From positions 23,350 to 87,349 of the forward strand of contig JAAYVD010000050.1 of assembly GCA_012517355.1 (NCBI GenBank): DNA of 64,000 nt, written 5' to 3'. Source of the stretch: Candidatus Rifleibacteriota bacterium (GTDB lineage Bacteria > Muiribacteriota > Ozemobacteria > Ozemobacterales > Ozemobacteraceae). A program made the position numbers and the translations under genes. Position 1 is the first letter of the stretch; each line of letters starts with the position of its first letter. The notes under the pieces were generated by a model that did no database searches, was not told the origin of the DNA, and was given only the letters and a program-made list of their open reading frames with translations. Shown in pieces: positions 8,259 to 16,717 of the stretch.

Positions 8259-11053
8259 TCGGCGACGCCAGGCGGTTCCTGATGTTCCTGCTGATGGTCC
8301 TGGTGCCGGCCGGCTTCGTGGTCGTCGGCATCACCCAGAACCAGGAGGAGCGGCGCGTCCGCCGGGCACGGCGCACCCTGGAGGCGACCAGGGACCGGCT
8401 GCTGCGGGTCGCCTTCCGCGCCAATCCCCTGGTCCAGATGAGCCGTGGGGCCTGGGATCTGGCCTCCCGCCTGCGGGCGGCCGGGTGGCGCCCCGTGGCC
8501 GACTCGCCTCTCGCCAACGGCTTCCCGGCCGGCTACCCGGTCCAGGTCGCGGGGTTCACCCCCGAAGGAACCCTGTGGCAACCCGACTGGGGGAAGGTGA
8601 CCTCCCGCTTCCTCTGGTCCCAGCTGTGGCAGGACATCTGCCGTCGGGAGATCCCCGCCCGCAACCTCGAGCGTTACCAGAGCCTGTTCGGCGGTTGGCT
8701 GACGGGGGACGACACCCGGGTCGAGGCAACCTTCCAGGAAGTGTCAACCCCGGCCGGGCCCGGGTTCTTCTCGTTCTTCCGGGGACCGGGAAAGGCCGGC
8801 GTCATGATGTTCTGCCCCGGTCTGCCCACTCCCCTGGCCCGCTGGCGGGAACTGCTCGTCCGCGAGCCGCCCCGGGGTCTCGATGTCTGGGTGCTCGACC
8901 CCCGGACCGGCCGCCTGGCGGGCACCGCCGCCCTCCCCCCGGCAGAACGGGAACTGCTGCGGCGGGCCCGGTGGGACCCCGCGGTGGAGAGCCTTTCCAG
9001 CCGCCATTGCCACGTCACGCGGCGGACCGAGGACAACCTCATCCTGCTGGGCCGCGCCCGCATCCGGCCCCCGGCCAGGCCGGTCAACCTCTGGCCGGCG
9101 CTGGTGTTGATCGGCCTTCTCGTCCCCGTCTGGTGGATCCTGGTGGGGGGGGATCCCCTGGCCCGGATGGGCATCCAGGCCCGGCTCCTCGTCCAGTTCG
9201 CGCTGGTGGCCGCCCTGCCGGTGGCGCTGGTCTGGCAGAACGGCTGGAACCACCTCGCCGAAACCGAACAGCGGCTGATCGAAGAGGCGCACGAGGGGAA
9301 CCTGGTCGGCCTGCGCGCGGCCGACGCCGCCCTCGGCCGGATGGAGGAACGGCAGGAGCGCTATTTCCGGGCCCTGACCGCGGCGGTCGGCCGGCGCCGG
9401 CGGTCGGCGGCGATTCCCGCCGCGGGGCGGCTCCTGGAGCGGGCCCGCCGCGCCAACCGGATCTCGGCCTACACCCTCATCGACCAGGCGGGGCGGGCCC
9501 GGGCCTCGTGGTGGAGCGACCGCGACATCGGCGACCTGGGGGAGATGTTCGCCGCGGAGATGGTGCGCCGCTACCGGGACGACACCTTCCTCCGGCCGGC
9601 CGACACCCTTGCCTGGACCTTCTTCCAGTTCCTGCAGAGCACCCTGATCGGGTTCGACACCATCAGCGACTCGCGGGGGATCGCGCGGCCCCTCGAGGCG
9701 GGGGCCTCGACGGTCTGGTGGTTCTGGGATCTCTTCCCCCGGGGGACCGCCTCGGACGCGGCTTTTCTCGGACTGGTCAAGAGCACCTGGGACCTGCAGG
9801 AGGAGGCGCTGCACGAGGGTCTCCCGGCCGGGGTGCAGGCCTTCGACCTGGGTTCGGGCCAATGGTTCCCGCGGCCCCCCGCCTTCGCCGCCCCCGATGC
9901 GCTGCTGGCCTCGGCCTTCCTTGGCCGGCACCACGTCCGCGCCCGCCGGACCGCCGGGGGAAGGTCGCTGCTGGTGTCGGCGTTTCCCAGCCCCGTCCAT
10001 CCCCGGGTCTGCTTCGTGACCGCCACCGACCTGGCACCGGTGGCCCGCCGCCTGGACGCCCTCCGCTGGTCCTTCCTGCTGGCGGCCGCCTTCACCCTGG
10101 TGCTGGCGGGGTTTCTGGCCAGGGTCATCTCCGGCACCCTGCTCGTGCCGCTGGGGCGGCTGGCCGAAGGGGTGACCGCCTTCGGACGGGGCCGGCGCGA
10201 CCTGGCCCTGCCCGACCTCGGCCCCGACGAGATCGGGGTCATGGGCGAGGCATTCAACGGGATGGTACGCGAAGCCCGCGAGGTCGATGCCGCGCGCCAG
10301 GTGCAGGAGAGCCTGATTCCCGCCGTTCCCCGCACGGTTCCGGGATACCAGACCGCCCTGCGCTACCTGCCGCTCGAAGACCTGGCAGGGGATTTCTGCG
10401 ACACCCTTCCCCGGCCCGACGGCTCGCTGTTCCTGGCCATCGGCGACGTCACCGGGCACGGCATCGGCTCGGCCCTGCAGACCGCCATGGCCAAGGCGGT
10501 CTGTGCCCAGGCCTGCCGCGAGGGCTGGGCGCTGCCCGCGACGTTCGACGCCCTCAATGCGGTCCTCCATCTGGGCCGGGCGAGCGGCAAGCTCATGACC
10601 TTCTGCGGGGGGATCCTCGATCCGGCCACCCATCTCTGGCAGTGGATCTCCGCCGGCCACAACTTCCCGGTGAGGCGTGGCCCGGCCGGCGAGGCGGACT
10701 TCCTGCGCCACGTGGGGGTGCCGCTGGGGGCGAAGGCGGCCCGCAAGTGGTCGGTGTCGGAGCGCCCCCTGGAACCGGGTACCCTGCTGGTGTTCTACAC
10801 CGATGGCCTCGTCGAGGCCACCGCCCCGGACGGCGAACCGTTCGGCTACGACCGGCTGCTGGAACAGGTCCGGCTCGCCCCGGCCGACCCGGGGGCGGCG
10901 CTGGACCACCTGCTACAGGCGTTCCGCGGGTTCGTGGGGGGGACCCCGCTCAACGACGACGTGACCCTGCTGGCGGTGGCGCGCAATCCCGCCCCTGATC
11001 CCGCCTCCGATCCCGACCCCGATCCCTTCCCCCGATCCCGACCATTCCCTTGA
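8255..11053 (+). CDS. Membrane sensor with a HAMP domain and an intact PP2C-type (SpoIIE/RsbU-like) serine phosphatase domain, about 930 aa.
   Basis: GTG at 8255 is 6 nt after GGGAGG and overlaps the stop of the upstream paralogue (alternative ATG at 8282). TM segments, HAMP (LLVPLGRLAEGVTAFGRGRRDLALPDLGPDEIGVMGEAFNGMVREAREVDAARQVQESLIP) and canonical PP2C motifs (LAIGDVTGHGIGSA and VFYTDGLVEA...NDDVTLLAV). The long upstream ORF extension 7571-8254 overlaps the previous gene and was rejected. Confidence 0.7.
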   Translation: MIGDARRFLMFLLMVLVPAGFVVVGITQNQEERRVRRARRTLEATRDRLLRVAFRANPLVQMSRGAWDLASRLRAAGWRPVADSPLANGFPAGYPVQVAGFTPEGTLWQPDWGKVTSRFLWSQLWQDICRREIPARNLERYQSLFGGWLTGDDTRVEATFQEVSTPAGPGFFSFFRGPGKAGVMMFCPGLPTPLARWRELLVREPPRGLDVWVLDPRTGRLAGTAALPPAERELLRRARWDPAVESLSSRHCHVTRRTEDNLILLGRARIRPPARPVNLWPALVLIGLLVPVWWILVGGDPLARMGIQARLLVQFALVAALPVALVWQNGWNHLAETEQRLIEEAHEGNLVGLRAADAALGRMEERQERYFRALTAAVGRRRRSAAIPAAGRLLERARRANRISAYTLIDQAGRARASWWSDRDIGDLGEMFAAEMVRRYRDDTFLRPADTLAWTFFQFLQSTLIGFDTISDSRGIARPLEAGASTVWWFWDLFPRGTASDAAFLGLVKSTWDLQEEALHEGLPAGVQAFDLGSGQWFPRPPAFAAPDALLASAFLGRHHVRARRTAGGRSLLVSAFPSPVHPRVCFVTATDLAPVARRLDALRWSFLLAAAFTLVLAGFLARVISGTLLVPLGRLAEGVTAFGRGRRDLALPDLGPDEIGVMGEAFNGMVREAREVDAARQVQESLIPAVPRTVPGYQTALRYLPLEDLAGDFCDTLPRPDGSLFLAIGDVTGHGIGSALQTAMAKAVCAQACREGWALPATFDALNAVLHLGRASGKLMTFCGGILDPATHLWQWISAGHNFPVRRGPAGEADFLRHVGVPLGAKAARKWSVSERPLEPGTLLVFYTDGLVEATAPDGEPFGYDRLLEQVRLAPADPGAALDHLLQAFRGFVGGTPLNDDVTLLAVARNPAPDPASDPDPDPFPRSRPFP

Positions 11054-11104
11054 CTTTTCCGGCGCCGCCCGGTAGCTTCAGGCATCTGCTTCGGAAGGTC
11101 AGCC

Positions 11105-12541
11105 ATGACATCGCAACCAGCCCCGGCCGCCACGGCGGCGAGCCCCCGCACCTACTACTCCACCACGTCCATCTGCCCCCATTGCGGGACCCTCCTGCCC
11201 GGCAAGGTGGTCGGCCTGGACGACGGGGTCTTCGTGGTCCGCGACTGCCCGACCCACGGCCATCTCGAAGGGCTCGCCTGCTCCGATCGGGCCTGGTTCG
11301 ACCGGCTGCCCGCCTTCGACGTGGCCCCTTCCCCGCCCACCGGGCCGCGCCGACCCGTGGCCCACGGTTGTCCCGCCGACTGCGGCCTGTGCGCCGCCCA
11401 CCGCCAGCGGGCCGGCACTGCGGCCGTCGAGATTTCCAACGAGTGCGACCAGGCCTGCCCCACCTGCCTGGCCGACAACCGCAGCACCTTCCGCCTGACC
11501 CCTGCCGAGGTGGCGAAGATCGCCGACGACCTGTTGGCCAGCCAGGGCGCGGTCGACGCCTTCACGCTGTCGGGCGGCGAACCCACGATCCATCCGCAAC
11601 TGTTCGAGATCCTCGAGGTGCTCGACCGTCCGGCGATCGCGCGCATCGTGATCAACAGCAACGGTCGCCGCATCGCCACCGACGACGCCTTCCTCGACCG
11701 GTTGGCCCGACACCCCAAGGTCTACGTCTCCCTGCACTACGACGGCCCGGCCGCCCCGCGCCTGCGCGGCGTCGAGTTCGCCCGCCAGCAACTGGCCCTC
11801 GACCGCCTGATCCGCTGGAATATCAAGATGGTCCCCCTCCTCCTGGCCGCCCGCGACGTCAACGAGGCCGACCTCGGCCCGGTGACCCTCGACCTGCTCA
11901 CCCGCAGCCCGGCCGTCAAGTCGGTGATGTTGTCGATGATGGCCTACTGCGGCAGTCGCGGCTCACAGGTGCCCATCGACCCGCGGCGCCGCCTGACCAT
12001 TCCCGACGCCCTGGCGGCGATGGAAAGCGGCACCGGCGGGGTGCTGCGCCGGGCCGACTTCATCCCGCTGCCGATGCCCAACCCCCTCTGCGCCGCGATC
12101 GGCTACTTCCTCGTCCAGGACCGCGAGGTCGTCGGCCTGCTGCCCCTGGCCGACCAGGACCGGGTGATCGAGCACGTCGCCAACGCCCACTTCGTCGACC
12201 CCGGCCCGGAACTGGAAGCCCTGCTGCGGCTGGGAATCGACACCGTCTATGCGGATCCCGGCCGGTTCCGCGATCCCGAGCGCGTCCGCTCCAGCTTCAA
12301 GGCGCTCCTGGCGGAACTGTTCCCCGCCGGCCGCCGCCTGGAGGCGGCCGAACGCCGGGTGATCGCGGAAAACCGCATCAAGACCGTCTACCTGATGCAG
12401 TTCATGGACGCCTGGACCTTCGATTCGGTGCGGATGAGCAAGTGCAGCTGCCAGCACTTCCTGCCCGACGGCAAGGTGGTGCCGAGCTGCGGCTACTACA
12501 CGTTCCACCGGGGAAAGGACCCGCGGTTCGCCGACCGGTAG
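11105..12541 (+). CDS. Radical SAM protein (MJ0619/Tes-like architecture) with an N-terminal Cys4 zinc-ribbon/rubredoxin-like motif and a C-terminal Cys cluster, 478 aa.
   Basis: N-terminal CPHCG...(17 aa)...CPTHGH. Radical SAM core ISNECDQACPTC (CxxxCxxC) with TLSGGEPT. C-terminal KCSCQHF...PSCGYY. No SPASM domain. Confidence 0.75.
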   Translation: MTSQPAPAATAASPRTYYSTTSICPHCGTLLPGKVVGLDDGVFVVRDCPTHGHLEGLACSDRAWFDRLPAFDVAPSPPTGPRRPVAHGCPADCGLCAAHRQRAGTAAVEISNECDQACPTCLADNRSTFRLTPAEVAKIADDLLASQGAVDAFTLSGGEPTIHPQLFEILEVLDRPAIARIVINSNGRRIATDDAFLDRLARHPKVYVSLHYDGPAAPRLRGVEFARQQLALDRLIRWNIKMVPLLLAARDVNEADLGPVTLDLLTRSPAVKSVMLSMMAYCGSRGSQVPIDPRRRLTIPDALAAMESGTGGVLRRADFIPLPMPNPLCAAIGYFLVQDREVVGLLPLADQDRVIEHVANAHFVDPGPELEALLRLGIDTVYADPGRFRDPERVRSSFKALLAELFPAGRRLEAAERRVIAENRIKTVYLMQFMDAWTFDSVRMSKCSCQHFLPDGKVVPSCGYYTFHRGKDPRFADR

Positions 12542-12616
12542 CGCCGCCCTTCGGGGTGCCGGGGGGCGCTGCCGACATCCGGTCTCCGATCGGAAGTCGC
12601 CCCCCCGAAACCGTGA

Positions 12617-14263
12617 CTACCAGGAGCCGGCCAGCTTGTAGTAGGCGAGAGGTTCCTTGACGTTCTTCACGGTTGCATGGAAGGGGCCTTCGAACGGCCA
12701 TTTTCCGGGTTCGGCCTTCTGCACGAGGTCGCGAATCGGCGCGAAGACCAGGATCTCGTTGGCCTTGGCCACGCCCTGCAGACGGGCGGTGTTGTTCATG
12801 CCGCTACTGAAGGCGGTCAGGTCCTGGTTGGGGCCGATCATGCCGACGTCGGCCGAACAGTAGTTGAGACCGATGGCGACCCCGAAATCCGGGTAATGGG
12901 GCGACTGCTGGATGTCGGCGTTCTCGGGGGCGGCCAAAAACTCGCGGGTGAAGGCCCGGATGGCCAGGGCGGCCTGCAGGGTCCTCAGGGCGACTTCCTC
13001 GGGCAGCCGGTCGTAGAACGGGGGCCCGAACAGCACGATCACGCAGTCGCCGACCAGCTTGTCGAGCGTGCCGCCGAGGGGGAAGAAGCGGTCGGTGCAG
13101 CCGGTCGACCACCCGTCGATGAACCGGGCAATACGCGCGGGATCCTTCAGGACCTGCTCGCTCAGCTTGGTGAAACCGCTGACGTCGGCGAAGATGATGC
13201 CGATGTCGGCCTTGCGCGGGGACAGGTATTTCGCCTTGTAGTTGGGCTCGCGCAGCATGCGCCGGATGACGTCGGCCGGGAAGAACTGCCGCAGCATGTT
13301 CTTCTCGCGGTTGAAATCGACCAGCCGCTGCCGCAGCGCCTCGGCAAACACCTGCACCATCTCGCGACTGGCGATCGACAGGCCGGTCTGGCTGGGCGGC
13401 CGGATCATGATCTTGCCGACCAGGGTCTCCTCGACCAACCCGTCGAGCAGGATGGTCTCGCTCATCGAGGCCGCGGGAAAGACCTTCTCGAGGTCGCGGT
13501 TCCCGGGCACGACGATCTCCTTCCCCGCCTTGATCAGGGCTTCCAGCTCGGGCAACGGGTGGTCGACCGAGTCGTATTCCTTCGTGAACCCACGGTAGAC
13601 GTAGTATTGGACCATCTTCCCGCCGCCCAGGTCCTCGTCGAGGTAGAGCAGGACCAGTTCCTCCATCGGCACCACGTCGGCCAGGATGGTGATGGCCGTA
13701 TCGATGGCCTCGGAAAGGCTGCGGGCCTTCAGGCACCGCTGGATCTCCATGATGTTCATGTGCTTGTAGCGGCTTTCCTGGATGGAATAGAAGTAGTTGT
13801 CCAGTTCCTCCGCCACCAGGTTCATCTTCTCGAACACCCCGTCGCCCGCCTCGACGGCCCCGGAAGGGAAGGCCAGTCCGAAAGCGCCGATCGTGTCGCC
13901 AGCCATGTCGAGCGGCATGACGAACCATTCCCGGCCGCCCACCACCCGTCGCTCGGTCCGGCCGACGGCGAGCAGGTCGGGGGCTTCCGCGTTCATCTGC
14001 TCCTCGGTCACCGCGCGGCCGAAGAAGGTGGAGCGCAGATCCTCGTTCTGGGTCACCAGGAAGATGGCGGCCGGCTGCAACCGGTTCTCGAGGAAATCGA
14101 AGACGTCGGCCAGGGTGGAAGCCAGATCCTTGTGGCACTTGATGCACCCCTCGATGATCGCGTCGGCCTGGTCGCCGATGGCCAGAAGCCCCTCGAGATG
14201 AGCCACCCGTCGCCGGAGTTCCTCGTTCCCCATTTCTGCCTGCCCCGCCCGTTGGTCTGCCAT
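12617..14263 (-). CDS. Class III adenylate/guanylate cyclase with N-terminal GAF-like sensory domains, 548 aa.
   Basis: Cyclase core IGIIFADVSGFTKL...LDKLVGDCVIVLFGPP...GLNYCSADVGMIGP...FSSGMNNTARLQG, preceded by about 330 aa of GAF-like sequence. Confidence 0.75.
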   Translation of the reverse strand: MADQRAGQAEMGNEELRRRVAHLEGLLAIGDQADAIIEGCIKCHKDLASTLADVFDFLENRLQPAAIFLVTQNEDLRSTFFGRAVTEEQMNAEAPDLLAVGRTERRVVGGREWFVMPLDMAGDTIGAFGLAFPSGAVEAGDGVFEKMNLVAEELDNYFYSIQESRYKHMNIMEIQRCLKARSLSEAIDTAITILADVVPMEELVLLYLDEDLGGGKMVQYYVYRGFTKEYDSVDHPLPELEALIKAGKEIVVPGNRDLEKVFPAASMSETILLDGLVEETLVGKIMIRPPSQTGLSIASREMVQVFAEALRQRLVDFNREKNMLRQFFPADVIRRMLREPNYKAKYLSPRKADIGIIFADVSGFTKLSEQVLKDPARIARFIDGWSTGCTDRFFPLGGTLDKLVGDCVIVLFGPPFYDRLPEEVALRTLQAALAIRAFTREFLAAPENADIQQSPHYPDFGVAIGLNYCSADVGMIGPNQDLTAFSSGMNNTARLQGVAKANEILVFAPIRDLVQKAEPGKWPFEGPFHATVKNVKEPLAYYKLAGSW

Positions 14264-14699
14264 GGTTCCGTCCTCCCAGATTTTCCGCCACTATACCAGA
14301 TGGGCACCCCGGTCTCAAACCGCCCTCGCTGCTGGCACCCTCGCCCCATCCCGGACCCGCGACCGGCCGGCCGGCCGAACGCGCCCCCAGGGCCGGTCCG
14401 TCCCGCCCCCGGGCGCCCGGGTCTCCCGACCCGCTCCACGCGGCAACCGGGCCGCCGTCCACGGCGTCGACGCCGTCAGAGGGACGACTTCCGGCGGGAC
14501 CGCGGGCACCACCACCCACGCCCACCCTGTGCGAGGTTCCGCACATGCGGGGGGGGTGGCGAGGCATCCGTTTCGTTGGCACCCCTGCGGACCCGCCTGC
14601 CATGACGGTTTCCTCGCCCCGCCCGGACTGGCATGCCGCCTGCTTTGGAAAGGGAGGAACGAGCGTTCTCCCCACCAGTTCCGCACACAGGAGGCAGGT

Positions 14700-15821
14700 A
14701 TGTCGGCAGGCGTCGCCAGGTTGGCCACCCTTCGTGGCTCTCACCCCGTCTCGTTGCCCCACCCCGCTTCGCCTCTTCGCCCCACCGGGCTCCTCCGCGC
14801 CGCCCCTTCCCCGGCCGACCTGCACCTGTTCACCTGGCACCTCGAGACCCTGCTCGCTGCCGGGATTCCCCTCCCGCACGGGCTCGCCGTGGTCGGGGAG
14901 GGATTCGAGGACCCCGCCATGCGGCGGCTCGTCCGGGAGATCCGGGCGGCCGTGGCCGCTGGCCTGCCTTTGTCGGTCGCCCTCGCCCGGCATCCCGCCT
15001 GCTTTCCCGAAACCTTCCGCGCGCTGGTGCAGGCCGGCGAAGCCACCGGCCTCCTGGGCGAGATGCTGTCCCTGGCCGCCCGTTTCCAGGAAGGGTCCTG
15101 CCGGCTCCGGTCGTTCTTCGACGCCTGGCTGATCGCCCGCCCGGGATGGTGGGCGGCCCTCTGGGGCACCTTTTCCCTCGCGGGCCTGGCCATGGTGGAC
15201 GGCCTGACGCCGGAGTGGATGGAAGAGGCCACAACCACGCCCTGGACGGTGTCGGCGGTGACCGCCCTGGTGATGCTGCCGACCGTCCTGATGGTGGTCT
15301 ATCTCGTGTCGCAGTCCGTAGCCGCCGTCCTGTGGCGGGAAGGGGAAGCCGGCGGGCCCCTGCTCGATTGGATCGCGGTCCGCATCCCGCTGGTGGGGGA
15401 ATGGTACGGGAATCATCTCCTCGGCCGGGCCCTGCTCGTGATGCACCACCTCCTCGCCGCCGGGGTGCCCATGACCCAGGCCCTGGAAGCGGCCGCCGCC
15501 AGCACCCCGCATTGCCAGTGGCGCAGCGCCCTCCGCGGGGCCGCGGTCCGGGTCCGGGGCGGGGAACCCCTCGCCCTGGCGCTGGACGTGACCGCCCCCT
15601 TGCCGGAACAGGCCCGCCTGCTGATCGCCTCCGGGGAGGAGAACGGCGACCTGGCGCCGCAACTGGCTTGGCTGGGCGGTTTCTACGAACAGGAGGTGAC
15701 GCGCCGGACCGCCCTGCTGGCCACGGCCATCCTGCCCCTCAACCGGTTCCTCCACCTGCTCGTCCTGGGGAGCGCGCTGCTGGCCGTGCTCCAGCCCTTC
15801 CTGTCCATCCCAATGTTCTGA
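14700..15821 (+). CDS. Type II secretion / type IV pilus platform protein F (GspF/PilC) family, two T2SSF repeats, 373 aa. No other pilus genes nearby.
   Basis: ATG at 14700 is 5 nt after AGGAGG. Two T2SSF-like repeats (LLAAGIPLPHGLAVVGEG...GEATGLLGEML and LLAAGVPMTQALEAAA...LIASGEENGDLAPQLAWLGGFYEQEV) with TM segments between them. No pilB/pilT/pilin genes are adjacent. Confidence 0.65.
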   Translation: MSAGVARLATLRGSHPVSLPHPASPLRPTGLLRAAPSPADLHLFTWHLETLLAAGIPLPHGLAVVGEGFEDPAMRRLVREIRAAVAAGLPLSVALARHPACFPETFRALVQAGEATGLLGEMLSLAARFQEGSCRLRSFFDAWLIARPGWWAALWGTFSLAGLAMVDGLTPEWMEEATTTPWTVSAVTALVMLPTVLMVVYLVSQSVAAVLWREGEAGGPLLDWIAVRIPLVGEWYGNHLLGRALLVMHHLLAAGVPMTQALEAAAASTPHCQWRSALRGAAVRVRGGEPLALALDVTAPLPEQARLLIASGEENGDLAPQLAWLGGFYEQEVTRRTALLATAILPLNRFLHLLVLGSALLAVLQPFLSIPMF

Positions 15822-15988
15822 GGGGTCCCCGACATCCTCCCCGCGACATCGCCTCTCGGCAGGCAGGCCCCTCGACGCGCACCCCTACGACGCGCGTCTT
15901 GCGGGCCGGTTGGGTTTGGGCTATGATGGCCATCCCTTCCCGGAGGAAACCCCCGGTTCCCCCGATCGCCTGACCCGCAGGAGCGTGC

Positions 15989-16582
15989 ATGGCCTGGTTG
16001 AAACGTCTCTACGACTGGATGCTCACCTGGGCCGACCGCCCGGGCGGTCCGGTCGCGCTGTTCGTCCTGGCCTTCGCCGAGTCCAGTTTTTTCCCCATCC
16101 CCCCCGACGTTCTCCTGATCGCCCTCTGTATCTCGGCTTCCTCCCGGGCCTTCTGGTTCGCCACCATCTGCTCCGCCGGTTCCCTCATCGGCGGCATGGC
16201 CGGTTACGCGATCGGCATGTTCCTGTGGGCGGCCGTCAGTGACATTTTTTTCACCTACGTACCAGGGTTTACGCACGAAGTATTCCAGCGGGTGTGCGAC
16301 CAGTATGAGCTCTATTCGTACTGGATCGTCTTCACCGCGGCATTCACCCCCATCCCGTACAAGGTCATCACCATCAGTGCCGGGGTGACCCGCATCTCGT
16401 TCGGCCCCTTCGTGGTGGCCAGCCTGGTCGGCCGTGCCGCCCGCTTCTTCCTGGTGGCGGGCCTGCTCTGGAAATGGGGCCGGCCGATGAAGGAGTTCAT
16501 CGAGAAGTATTTCGAGATGTTGACACTCGCCCTCACCCTTCTCGGCATCCTGGGGTTCGTGGCCCTGAAATACCTGTTCTGA
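15989..16582 (+). CDS. DedA/YqaA-family (VTT/SNARE-associated domain) inner-membrane protein, 197 aa.
   Basis: FVLAFAESSFFPIPPDVLLIAL...GSLIGGMAGYAIG...FTPIPYKVITISAGVTRISFGPFVVASLVGRAARFFLVAGLL matches the YqaA/DedA pattern. Confidence 0.7.
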   Translation: MAWLKRLYDWMLTWADRPGGPVALFVLAFAESSFFPIPPDVLLIALCISASSRAFWFATICSAGSLIGGMAGYAIGMFLWAAVSDIFFTYVPGFTHEVFQRVCDQYELYSYWIVFTAAFTPIPYKVITISAGVTRISFGPFVVASLVGRAARFFLVAGLLWKWGRPMKEFIEKYFEMLTLALTLLGILGFVALKYLF

Positions 16583-16614
16583 CCCGCCGCCAGCCGGTTG
16601 CCGGCATCGCCGGG

Positions 16615-16700
16615 AAACCGACCGGAACGATGTCGGAAGGGCCCCCCTGCCGCCACGGCTGGCGGCGCGAAGCGCGCATTTCGCGCATCGCGACGGGGCC
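16615..16700 (+). repeat. REP-like dispersed element, copy B.
   Basis: CTGCCGCCACGGCTGGCGGCGCGAAGCGCGCATTTCGCGCATCGCGACGGGGCC. Both hairpins are conserved relative to copies A and C. It lies in the intergenic gap between convergent genes. Confidence 0.7.
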
Positions 16701-16717
16701 CACCTCCCGGCTTCCGC

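Noticed and set aside
11105-12541. Treating the first radical SAM gene as a RiPP maturase.
   Set aside because: No SPASM or RRE domain and no small Cys-rich ORF nearby. Its architecture points to a small-molecule or lipid rSAM enzyme instead.
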